From the NCBI GenBank assembly GCA_003278165.1, contig QCGU01000002.1, forward strand, positions 2,033 through 66,032: a stretch of 64,000 bases of DNA, given 5' to 3'. Positions within the stretch are counted from its first letter, which is position 1. The number at the start of each line of letters is the position of its first letter. A program made the position numbers and the translations under genes. Below the pieces are notes generated by a model. The model was not told where the DNA came from, searched no databases, and worked only from the letters and a program-made list of their open reading frames with translations. Shown here one piece after another: positions 45,395 through 54,040 of the stretch. The DNA is from Pelagibacteraceae bacterium AG-390-A02 (GTDB lineage Bacteria > Pseudomonadota > Alphaproteobacteria > Pelagibacterales > Pelagibacteraceae).

Positions 45395-46086
45395 TGAAGA
45401 AAAATATTTTAAATATTGGAATTCCTAGTAAAGGCAGACTTAGAAAAGATGTACTAAACATATTTAAAAAAAATAAGTTAAATCTAATTTCAGAAAGAGG
45501 AGAAAGAGATTTATTAGGTTCAATTAAACAAAAGAAAAATGTTAAAATTTTATATCTTCATGCAAGAGAAATTATAGAAAGACTTGGAGATGGTTCATTA
45601 GATCTAGGATTTTCTGGTTTTGATTTATTAAAGGAAAGTGAAATAAATATTCAAAAGAAAATTAATGTTATTAAAAAATATGATTTTGGAAAAGCTACAT
45701 TAGTAGTTGCAATTCCAGATCCTTGGATTGACGTCCAAACTATTGCTGATTTAGAGGAAATAGCATTTGAATTTAGAGACAAGAAAAAGAAAAGATTAAG
45801 AGTTGCAACTAAATATCCAAATTTAACAAGAGAATTTTTATTCTCTAAAGGGGTTACTCAATTTAAATTGATAGATAGTTTAGGTGCTACAGAGGCATAT
45901 CCATTTATTGGTTCATCAGAAATAATTACTGACATCACCTCAACGGGAGAAACTTTAAAAGCTAATAATTTAAGAGTTTTAAAAGATGGTGAGATTTTAA
46001 AATCGGAGGCTTGTATGATGATATCTAAATCATCGGCTAAAAATAAATCTCTTCAAAGTTTAGCTAGATTACTTTTTAAGAATTAA
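45394..46086 (+). CDS. hisG: ATP phosphoribosyltransferase, short form
   Basis: PSKGRL, VATKYPNLT, GATE, DITSTGETLKANNL. Confidence 0.95.
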   Translation: MKKNILNIGIPSKGRLRKDVLNIFKKNKLNLISERGERDLLGSIKQKKNVKILYLHAREIIERLGDGSLDLGFSGFDLLKESEINIQKKINVIKKYDFGKATLVVAIPDPWIDVQTIADLEEIAFEFRDKKKKRLRVATKYPNLTREFLFSKGVTQFKLIDSLGATEAYPFIGSSEIITDITSTGETLKANNLRVLKDGEILKSEACMMISKSSAKNKSLQSLARLLFKN

Positions 46087-46200
46087 ATCTTTCCAATAAA
46101 TAAGAATAATTTTAATAATATCTAGGTTTCGAAGGATTGCATAAAGACCAACAAGTATTCCTAAACCAATAATAATTTTAAATATTAATAATAATTCCAT
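46069..46200 (-). CDS. Putative small membrane protein (43 aa)
   Basis: Not in ORF track. MELLLIFKIIIGLGILVGLYAILRNLDIIKIILIYWKDLILKK fills the hisG-rmuC gap; a TAAAAT -10-like element lies 5 nt upstream of the ATG. Confidence 0.5.
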   Translation of the reverse strand: MELLLIFKIIIGLGILVGLYAILRNLDIIKIILIYWKDLILKK

Positions 46201-46231
46201 TACATATTTTATATATGATATAAAGTGATTC

Positions 46232-47329
46232 ATGGAAGCTATATTTTTAGTTATTTTAATTTTGTTGCTTGGAGTAGTTTCAGCAATTCTTTACTTAAAT
46301 TTAAGATCTAAGCCTGAAGATCAAAAAGAAAATAAACAAGCCGAAGAAATAGCTAACTTGAAATCCGAAATTTCAAGTTTAAAGGATACCTTAAATACAA
46401 CAATCAATAGCTCACTTGGAGCAATGTCCACCTCATTTAATAATTTGTCTACTGGAGTAACAAAAGATATGACAGAAGCTTTAACTAAAGTAGATGAAAA
46501 AGTTGGAAATTTTAATCAGCAAGTTCAATTATTAAATCAAAGCCAAGAAGGGATAACTAAGATTTTGGCTGGGGTTAAAAAATATGGAACTCTTGCAGAG
46601 TTTAGTTTGGATGCACTGATTAAAGATTTATTGCCAGCTTCTCAATTCATGACAAATGTGAAAATGAAAGAAAATACAAGTGAGAATGTTGAATTTGCAA
46701 TCAAGCTTCAAGGTGATGTTTTAGTTCCAGTCGATAGTCATTTTCCAGTCGAGAAATATAAAGCAATTACTGATGGTCATGATGCGGAAGATAAAAGGTT
46801 AGTTGCAGATGCTAGAGCAAAATTAGCTACTGCATTTAAAGCAAAAGCAAAAAGTGTGAATGAAAAATATATTGTACCACCAAAAACTACTGACTTTGCA
46901 ATTGTATACGCTCCTACAGAAAGTTTATACAAAGAATTAACTGAATACCAAGATCCAAGTACAAAAGAATTATTAACTCAAGAATTGATGAAAAAATATA
47001 AAGTTGTAATCTGTGGACCTAATACTTTATCAGCATATCTACAATCTTTACACATGGGCTTTCAATCCTTGAAAGTTCAAAAAGGTGCAACTGAAATCTA
47101 CAATCATTTAAAAACAATAAGCACAAGATTTTCAAAACACTTTGACAACATAGTAGTTCTTAGAAAAAAATTAGAAGATGCTATGGGTGTAGTTGATAAA
47201 TTTGGAACAGATGCAAGATCAATAAATAGAACTTTGGAAAGTATAAAAGATCCAGAGCAAGTTGAAAAAGCTGTACAAACAGACAATGTTGAAAAATTTG
47301 TTGATAAACAAAGACAGCTTAAAAATTAA
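46232..47329 (+). CDS. rmuC: RmuC-family protein (N-terminal TM, coiled coil, nuclease-like domain)
   Basis: VEFAIKL....VPVDSHFP, KYIVPPKTTDFAI..PTESLY, GPNTL.A.L.SL.MGF. Confidence 0.88.
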   Translation: MEAIFLVILILLLGVVSAILYLNLRSKPEDQKENKQAEEIANLKSEISSLKDTLNTTINSSLGAMSTSFNNLSTGVTKDMTEALTKVDEKVGNFNQQVQLLNQSQEGITKILAGVKKYGTLAEFSLDALIKDLLPASQFMTNVKMKENTSENVEFAIKLQGDVLVPVDSHFPVEKYKAITDGHDAEDKRLVADARAKLATAFKAKAKSVNEKYIVPPKTTDFAIVYAPTESLYKELTEYQDPSTKELLTQELMKKYKVVICGPNTLSAYLQSLHMGFQSLKVQKGATEIYNHLKTISTRFSKHFDNIVVLRKKLEDAMGVVDKFGTDARSINRTLESIKDPEQVEKAVQTDNVEKFVDKQRQLKN

Positions 47330-47366
47330 TTTCTTTTTTTTGATAATACCATTTATAAGAAATCTC

Positions 47367-48053
47367 ATGCAATGGAATCGTAAATATGATTATCCAAAAT
47401 CTTCTAGAGCTACTGTAGATGGTATTAGAAAATATCTTCTGGGAGAAGAAAAGTTACCAAGTGTTACTTCAATTTTAGATGTTACTAAATCTGATGAGGA
47501 TAAGGCAGCTTTAGCAAATTGGAGGGAAAGAACAGGATATAAAGAAGCCGAAGCTATCACGAAAGCTGCAAGCAGTAGAGGTTCACAGATGCACAACTAT
47601 TTAGAATCGTATTTACTTGGGAGAGAAAATTTAAGTTTTTTTGATGATAATGAACAATATAAATTGATGGCAAAAGAAATAATAGATCATGGTTTAAAAA
47701 ATAGATTAGAAGAAATATGGGGTGTTGAATGTACATTATACTATCCAGATAAATATGCTGGTACAGCAGATTGTGTTGGAGTTTATGAAGGAAGAGAAAC
47801 AATTATAGATTTTAAACAAAGCAATAAACCAAAGAAAGCTGAGTATATCGATTCATGGCTATTACAAACCAGTGCGTATTCTTTGGCTCATAATGTTGTG
47901 TATAACTCCAATATCACTTCTTGTGTTATTTTAGTCTGCACTGTAGACAAATTATTTCAAGAATTTAAAATTCAAGAACATGATTTAGTAATCTATCAAA
48001 ATTTGTTTTTAGGAAGATTAAAAAAATTTCATGAACTATCTAATTTAACTTAA
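47367..48053 (+). CDS. Stand-alone PD-(D/E)XK RecB-family exonuclease (MGME1/phage exonuclease-like)
   Basis: LPSVTSIL, RGSQMH..LE, E..L...YAGTAD, IIDFKQS, Q...Y (QTSAY). Start ATG 47367 preferred over the TTG at 47262 inside rmuC. Confidence 0.85.
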   Translation: MQWNRKYDYPKSSRATVDGIRKYLLGEEKLPSVTSILDVTKSDEDKAALANWRERTGYKEAEAITKAASSRGSQMHNYLESYLLGRENLSFFDDNEQYKLMAKEIIDHGLKNRLEEIWGVECTLYYPDKYAGTADCVGVYEGRETIIDFKQSNKPKKAEYIDSWLLQTSAYSLAHNVVYNSNITSCVILVCTVDKLFQEFKIQEHDLVIYQNLFLGRLKKFHELSNLT

Positions 48054-48068
48054 AATATATAAGAAAAT

Positions 48069-49505
48069 ATGGAAAAATTTGTAATCTACGACACCGAAAC
48101 AACTAATAGCACTATTTGGGGATCAATTATTGAGGTTGGAGCAGTTGTTGTTGATAAAAATTTAAATGAAATTGGTAAGTTAAATATCAGAGGCAGAATG
48201 CCAGAAGGAGAAGTACCAAGTGCCAAAGCTCTATTGGTAAACTCTACGAGTATAGATTTACTCACTAAAGGAAATTATTCTCATTATGAATTCTTAGGAG
48301 CAGTTGAAAACTTCTTCTCAAAAGCTGCACCAGCATTATTCATGGGTTGGAGTAATTTAAATTTTGATAGACGTATGTTCCATTTTAATTTTTTCAAAGG
48401 TAACAGATACCCTTATATTACTCACTCATCTCCAAATAAAGAACACGATGGTCTTCATGTTGCAAGAGCTGCACAAACAATCAATTCTGAAACTTTAAAA
48501 ACTGAACTAACAGATGCTGGAAATGAAAGTCTTGCTCTTGAAGGTTTGGCAAGACAACAAGGATTTGATACATCCCAACAACATACTGCGTATCATGATG
48601 CATTTACAAGTTTAAAAATTTTAAGAATTATAAAAGAAAAGCATAATGATAATTGGGAAAAATTTTTAACTACCTCTACAAAGAGTAGTGTGGAGTCTAT
48701 TTTAAAAGGAGAGGGTGTTTATTCAATTTTTGAAAATGTTAAAGGAAGAAATATGATGTATTTAGTATCAACATTACATCCAAAACATTGTTTTCATCCA
48801 TCTTATGCTTCCTGGGGATATCTGTGGGATTTAAGAAGAGATCCAGAACCTTTTTTAAATATGTCAGTGAATGACCTTAAAGCTAATCTTAAAAAAATAA
48901 GTCCTAAAGCTTTAAGGGTTATTAAAACAAATAAAGCGCCTGTTGTATTAGATAAAAAATTTGCTTTAAAAGAAAAAGCTTATGCAGATCTTGATTTAGA
49001 GACAATTCAAAAAAGAGCTAAATTAGTTAGATCTAGTGAAAACTTATGTAAAAATATTCAAATCATTAATAGAGAAGCTGCAGAAGAAAAGGCACAAACT
49101 CAAAATCAAGAAGATTTACTCCCTGAGGAAACTTTGTACGAGAAATTTGTTCCAAACAAAGACACTGCTTTATTCAAAACATGGCACAGTTCGTCATGGG
49201 AACACAAATTAAGATTATTAGATAAATTTCAAGATAAGAGATGTGCATGGTTTGGACAAAAAATTATTTACCAAGAAGCACCTCATGTATTACCACCTGA
49301 TTTATATAAAAATATTAAAAGTGAGATAGCTAGAAGAATTTTGAGTAAAAATAGAGAAAAGTGGCAAACTATAGCAATGGCATATACGGAAATAGATACC
49401 TTAAGAGATCAAGCATCTAATAGAGATGATGAGGAAGAACTAAAAAAATTAGATGAAATAAATGAATTTATTATGTCTATTGAAAAAAAATATGAAATTG
49501 CATAG
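48069..49505 (+). CDS. sbcB: Exodeoxyribonuclease I-like DEDDh 3'-5' exonuclease
   Basis: YDTET (Exo motif I), SNLNFD (motif II), HTAYHD (motif III), NKAPVVL; 478 aa, similar in size to E. coli ExoI. Confidence 0.82.
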   Translation: MEKFVIYDTETTNSTIWGSIIEVGAVVVDKNLNEIGKLNIRGRMPEGEVPSAKALLVNSTSIDLLTKGNYSHYEFLGAVENFFSKAAPALFMGWSNLNFDRRMFHFNFFKGNRYPYITHSSPNKEHDGLHVARAAQTINSETLKTELTDAGNESLALEGLARQQGFDTSQQHTAYHDAFTSLKILRIIKEKHNDNWEKFLTTSTKSSVESILKGEGVYSIFENVKGRNMMYLVSTLHPKHCFHPSYASWGYLWDLRRDPEPFLNMSVNDLKANLKKISPKALRVIKTNKAPVVLDKKFALKEKAYADLDLETIQKRAKLVRSSENLCKNIQIINREAAEEKAQTQNQEDLLPEETLYEKFVPNKDTALFKTWHSSSWEHKLRLLDKFQDKRCAWFGQKIIYQEAPHVLPPDLYKNIKSEIARRILSKNREKWQTIAMAYTEIDTLRDQASNRDDEEELKKLDEINEFIMSIEKKYEIA

Positions 49506-49539
49506 TTGACTTTAAAACTTTAATTTATAGAAAGTATTT

Positions 49540-49857
49540 ATGCTTATAGATTTTAAAGATGAAGATTTTGATAGTAAAATCAAAAATGAAGATGTTTCAG
49601 TAATCCAGTTTTCAGCTGCTTGGTGTGGACCTTGCAAAGCTTTAAAGCCAGTAATGGATAAATTAGCTGATGAATACAAAGATAAAGCAGGTTTTTATTA
49701 TGCTGATGTAGAAGATGGTGGAATAAATACTGGAAGTGCTGCTGGCATAAGAGGCGTACCAACTGTTGTTATTTACAAAAAAGGTGTCGAAGTAGATAGA
49801 AAAGTTGGTGGAGTACCCGAAAGCCATATGAAAGAATTTTTAGAAAAAAATATCTAA
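49540..49857 (+). CDS. trxA: Thioredoxin
   Basis: WCGPC active site, GIRGVPT; preceded by a TTGACT-N16-TAGAAA promoter-like element. Confidence 0.95.
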   Translation: MLIDFKDEDFDSKIKNEDVSVIQFSAAWCGPCKALKPVMDKLADEYKDKAGFYYADVEDGGINTGSAAGIRGVPTVVIYKKGVEVDRKVGGVPESHMKEFLEKNI

Positions 49858-51119
49858 TTTAAATTAAGTATTTCTCCTGCTAGATAAAGAGAACCTGTAA
49901 TTAAAATTACATCGTTTTTCTTGACCGAAATAGACTTGATTGCATCAAATATATTTTCTTTATATTGAACATTTTCAAAAGAATTTAGTTTGTTTTTTAA
50001 GTCTTTTCCACCAATTGAATTAGGTTGGTTTGGAATATCAATGATGGTCAAGGTTGAGATATTTTTAAAATAATTAATATACTCATTGTGATCTTTGTTA
50101 GACATCATACCTAAGATGATGTGCTTATCACAATCTAAAGTTTGGAGATATTCATTCACAACTCTAGCTCCATCAGGGTTATGATCTCCAGAAACTAATA
50201 ATGTGTTATTTTTTACAAGTTTTTTTAGTTTTCCAGATTTAATTTCCTGTAATCTTGCAAGATTATGAATTTTTTGAATACCACTTTCTATTTCTGCATC
50301 TTGAATTCCAAGATTTAAAGTTCTTATAGTCGCAATAGCAGTTGATATATTTTCTAATTGAAACTGACCAAGAACATTTGGCAAAGGAAGTTTTAAACCC
50401 CCGAGTTTATCCTCATAGTAAAAAAAACCATTCTCGTGAATTGAATAACTATAGTCCTCATTAAAAAATAACTTATTTGAAGAGTTATGTTTAATAGTTT
50501 TTTTAATACATTCCATCGTCTCTTTTTTATTTTGTTTTGCGACAATAATATTTGAATTAAGTAAGGCTGAAGTTTTTTCAAAAACAATTTGTTCAATTGT
50601 TTGATTTTCTTTTGGAAGCCAGTCAAGATGATCTTTGCTTATAGATGTTACTATACTTGCAAGATTACTCTTTAAAATATTAGTAGCATCAAAACGATGG
50701 AATAAACCACTTTCTACCAAGTTGATATTGTTAGGATATTGTGCGGCTTTATAAAAGAAACATGCTGACAACATTTCAAAAACAGTTATCGGCTTGTTAT
50801 TATTAACTTTTTCAACTTCTTCTAATAAATCAGCTAATTCCTCGTCATTTAATTCATGATTATTAAACACAAATCTTTCATTGATCTTTTGTATATGTGG
50901 GCTTGTATAAACATTACATTTTAAATTTGCTTCCTTAAGAATTGCATAAATAGCTTGGATAGTAGAGTTTTTACCATTAGTTCCAACAACTGATATGGCC
51001 TTAATTTTATCTTGAGGATTTCCTAATTTTTTACAAAGATTTTGAATTCTATCTAAAGATAAATCTATTTCTTTAGGATGCAACTTTTGAAAATTGCTGA
51101 GTATCTTCTGAAGTTTCAT
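49854..51119 (-). CDS. folC: Bifunctional folylpolyglutamate/dihydrofolate synthase
   Basis: GTNGK.ST, YTSPH...NER, E.GL..RFDATN, DH...L, HNP, ITGSLYLAGE. Confidence 0.94.
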   Translation of the reverse strand: MKLQKILSNFQKLHPKEIDLSLDRIQNLCKKLGNPQDKIKAISVVGTNGKNSTIQAIYAILKEANLKCNVYTSPHIQKINERFVFNNHELNDEELADLLEEVEKVNNNKPITVFEMLSACFFYKAAQYPNNINLVESGLFHRFDATNILKSNLASIVTSISKDHLDWLPKENQTIEQIVFEKTSALLNSNIIVAKQNKKETMECIKKTIKHNSSNKLFFNEDYSYSIHENGFFYYEDKLGGLKLPLPNVLGQFQLENISTAIATIRTLNLGIQDAEIESGIQKIHNLARLQEIKSGKLKKLVKNNTLLVSGDHNPDGARVVNEYLQTLDCDKHIILGMMSNKDHNEYINYFKNISTLTIIDIPNQPNSIGGKDLKNKLNSFENVQYKENIFDAIKSISVKKNDVILITGSLYLAGEILNLN

Positions 51120-52002
51120 TTTGCTCAGAACTTATAGCAGAATTTTGTTTTAACAATATTGATAATAAAGTTCCTATTTTAGATGCTAGATCTCTTCTCT
51201 CTACGATTAAATCAACAAAACCAGTTTTCTCAACATACTCACTTTTTTGAAAACCTTCAGGTAATTCCTCTTTTACTGTTCCTTGAATTACCCTTGCACC
51301 TGCAAATGCAATTAAAGCTCCAGGTTCAGCAATATGAATATCTCCTAACATTGCATAGGAAGCAGTTATTCCACCTGCAGTTGGATCTGTAATACAGACT
51401 AAGTAGGGTAGACCATTTTTCTTTAATTCATTAATTGCAAGTGTAGTTCTTGTCATTTGAGATAATGAAATTAAACTTTCCATCATTCTCATTCCTCCAC
51501 CAGCGCTTATACATATAAATGGTGTTTGATTTTCTATTGCATGTTGAATTCCATATAAAAATGCTTCACCTTCTGCAGCAGCCATTGATGCTCCTAAAAA
51601 ATCAAAGTCAGATGCAACACCAGTTATTTTAATATTATTGATTGTACCAGATGCAACCATCATCCCACAATCTAATCCAGTTTTCTTACGAGCACTTTTT
51701 AGTCTATCTTTATAAGATTTAGAATCTGTCCAATTTAAAGGATCATCTTTTGGAATTGGCGTTTTAAAAACTTCATAATTGTTTTTTCCAAATAAAATAT
51801 CAAATCTTTGCTTAGGTTTAATTCTATGATGTTTGTTACAATCTGGACATACCCAAAGGTTTGCTTCTAAATCTTTTTTTAGAATTGGTCCTCGACAACA
51901 ACTTGTCCATTCACTTTTCGCAATATCTTCTTTAGTAGCTCGTTCACGTATAGCAGTTTTTATCTTTTCACCTGCTTTAATAATTTTGGTTATCCAGTTC
52001 AT
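51073..52002 (-). CDS. accD: Acetyl-CoA carboxylase carboxyltransferase beta subunit
   Basis: N-terminal Cys motif, FLGASM, GGMRMMES...QM, DPTAGGITAS, FAGARVI. Confidence 0.95.
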   Translation of the reverse strand: MNWITKIIKAGEKIKTAIRERATKEDIAKSEWTSCCRGPILKKDLEANLWVCPDCNKHHRIKPKQRFDILFGKNNYEVFKTPIPKDDPLNWTDSKSYKDRLKSARKKTGLDCGMMVASGTINNIKITGVASDFDFLGASMAAAEGEAFLYGIQHAIENQTPFICISAGGGMRMMESLISLSQMTRTTLAINELKKNGLPYLVCITDPTAGGITASYAMLGDIHIAEPGALIAFAGARVIQGTVKEELPEGFQKSEYVEKTGFVDLIVERRDLASKIGTLLSILLKQNSAISSEQNETSEDTQQFSKVAS

Positions 52003-52799
52003 TGAATTTTATTTCTTAATCTTTTAACGATATTAGTAACATTTGTGACAGTATTTTGTCTTCTTTCAATTGATTTAGATATTTCTCTACATATTGCGCT
52101 ACCAACTACTAAACCATCAGCTTTTTTAAGAGATTTAATTGTCTTTTCTGTAATACCAAAGCCAATCACCACATTTTTTGATTTATTTTGATTTTTAATT
52201 TTGTTGTATCTTTCCAAGATTTTCTTTGGAGATACTTTTAGTTTTCCTCCTGTAGTTGACAACATGCTTATATAGTAAACCATATCATGAGAGTCTTTTA
52301 TTATTTTTTTTAATCTAATTTGAGAAGTAGTAGGTGAAACCAGCTGTATAAAATTTATTCCATTCTTTTTACATCTTGATGCAAAACTTTTGTTTTCAGG
52401 ATAAGGTAAATCTACAACAATTAGTCCATCTACTTTTGATTTTTTACATTTTTCCAAAAATTTATTTTCATTGTATTGAAATATCATATTGTAATAACCC
52501 ATTAGAATAATTGGTGTATTTTTTTTTGATTTTTTAAAATTTTTTGCAATTGAAAATACATCATTAATTTTGATACCATTTTTAATTGCTCTGTAGGCAC
52601 TAGTCTGGATTTGACCTCCGTCAGCTATGGGAGTGTTGTGAGGAAAACCTAATTCACAAATATCAGCAAAGTTTGCAATAGACTTAAGAATTTCTAAAGA
52701 TTTTTTTTTAGTATTATCACCTGCAACTGTATAAGTCAGTAAGGCAGGTCTGTTTTCTTTTTTTGCATTTAAAAAAGATTTTTTAAGTAAAGAGCTCAT
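51999..52799 (-). CDS. trpA: Tryptophan synthase alpha subunit (divergent)
   Basis: ELGFP...P.ADG..IQ, LMGYYN, VVDLP, SPTT, GFGI, ADG.VVGSA; trpFBA-accD synteny. Confidence 0.93.
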   Translation of the reverse strand: MSSLLKKSFLNAKKENRPALLTYTVAGDNTKKKSLEILKSIANFADICELGFPHNTPIADGGQIQTSAYRAIKNGIKINDVFSIAKNFKKSKKNTPIILMGYYNMIFQYNENKFLEKCKKSKVDGLIVVDLPYPENKSFASRCKKNGINFIQLVSPTTSQIRLKKIIKDSHDMVYYISMLSTTGGKLKVSPKKILERYNKIKNQNKSKNVVIGFGITEKTIKSLKKADGLVVGSAICREISKSIERRQNTVTNVTNIVKRLRNKIQ

Positions 52800-54040
52800 T
52801 AATTTTTTCCTAACCTTTCTCTTAAAATATCTCTATCTTTTTTTGCATCACCACAAGAGTTAACAATTAAAATTGTATCTTTGCTTAATTTTGGAGCAAT
52901 TTTTATTGCCTCAGCAAAAGCATGACTTGGTTCTAAACTTGGATTAAGTTTTTCAAATTTAGTTACCATTACATGTGCATTAAGTGCATCTTCATCTGTT
53001 GCATAAGTATATCTTGCTCTTTTTGTATCTTTTAAAAAACAATGAATAGGACTAACTCCAGGGTAATCTAAACCTGCACTTATAGATTCTGTATCATTAA
53101 TTTGTCCCTCATTATTTTGACAAACATATGAAGCTGCTCCATGCAAAATACCAACTTTTGCATTTCTGCTTAGTGGTGCTGCATGAAGTTTTGATTTTTT
53201 AGGACCCCCAGCCTCTACACCAATTAATTCTATTTGTTTTTTATCAAAATCAATAAACTCACTCCAAAATCCATATGCAGAGCTTCCACCTCCAACGCAA
53301 TTTATTAATTTTATTTTTTTTGGTATTTTTTTAAATTCTTTTTTAAGCTGCTTTTTTAATTCTCTAGAAATTTGTGCAGTTGACCAACCACATATTTTTA
53401 CAAAGATATTTGGCCCAACCGTACTACCAACACACATGTGTGTATTATCACAATTAGATACCCAATATCGCATGCATTCACTCACTGCATCAACTAAAGT
53501 CTGGCTACCAGAATAAACAGGTACTATTTCTGCGCCGTTTTTCCTCATAGCGTCACAATTTGGTTTTTGTCTTTTAATGTCTTTTGCACCCATAAAAATT
53601 TTACATTTAAGTCCAAATTTTTTAGCTGCCATGCTTAACATTTTTCCTGCATATCCAGCACCAGTATCGCCAACAATATATTTTTTGCCCATAGCTTTAC
53701 AAATTAGTGCATGAACGGTGGCATTATAGATTTTATGTGCACCTCCATTTGCCTCTGAAACTACTTTTGCCCATATTTGAGCTCCACCTAAATGATTGGA
53801 CAAATTTTCTAATTTTACAAAAGAGGTTGGTGAACCAATATAATTTTTAAAATAATAATCTCTTTTTTTTAAAAATTCTTTATTATTTCTCAGTCTTTTA
53901 AATTCATTTGTTAAATCCTCTATAGGTTTTTTTAAAGTTTCAGGTATAAAACTGCCACCAAATTTTTCTCCCCAAAAACCTTGTTGATCATGTTGATCAA
54001 TTAATGGAATACCTCTTTTAAGCTTCATTTTTAATTTCAT
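52799..54040 (-). CDS. trpB: Tryptophan synthase beta subunit (divergent)
   Basis: FGG.FIPETL, GAHK PLP lysine, TGAG, CVGGGS, SISAGLDYPGV, LEPSHA; start may be the second ATG at 54028. Confidence 0.9.
   Translation of the reverse strand: MKLKMKLKRGIPLIDQHDQQGFWGEKFGGSFIPETLKKPIEDLTNEFKRLRNNKEFLKKRDYYFKNYIGSPTSFVKLENLSNHLGGAQIWAKVVSEANGGAHKIYNATVHALICKAMGKKYIVGDTGAGYAGKMLSMAAKKFGLKCKIFMGAKDIKRQKPNCDAMRKNGAEIVPVYSGSQTLVDAVSECMRYWVSNCDNTHMCVGSTVGPNIFVKICGWSTAQISRELKKQLKKEFKKIPKKIKLINCVGGGSSAYGFWSEFIDFDKKQIELIGVEAGGPKKSKLHAAPLSRNAKVGILHGAASYVCQNNEGQINDTESISAGLDYPGVSPIHCFLKDTKRARYTYATDEDALNAHVMVTKFEKLNPSLEPSHAFAEAIKIAPKLSKDTILIVNSCGDAKKDRDILRERLGKN

Noticed and set aside
47247-47366. Open +1 frame overlapping the rmuC 3' end, suggesting an RmuC-nuclease frameshift fusion or a TTG start at 47262
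   Set aside because: No convincing shift site or stimulatory structure; the extension looks non-protein-like; ATG 47367 has its own TATAAG element 7 nt upstream.
46232-49505. Nuclease cluster as a prophage or mobile island
   Set aside because: No integrase, att repeats, structural genes or obvious compositional shift; it is flanked by core genes.
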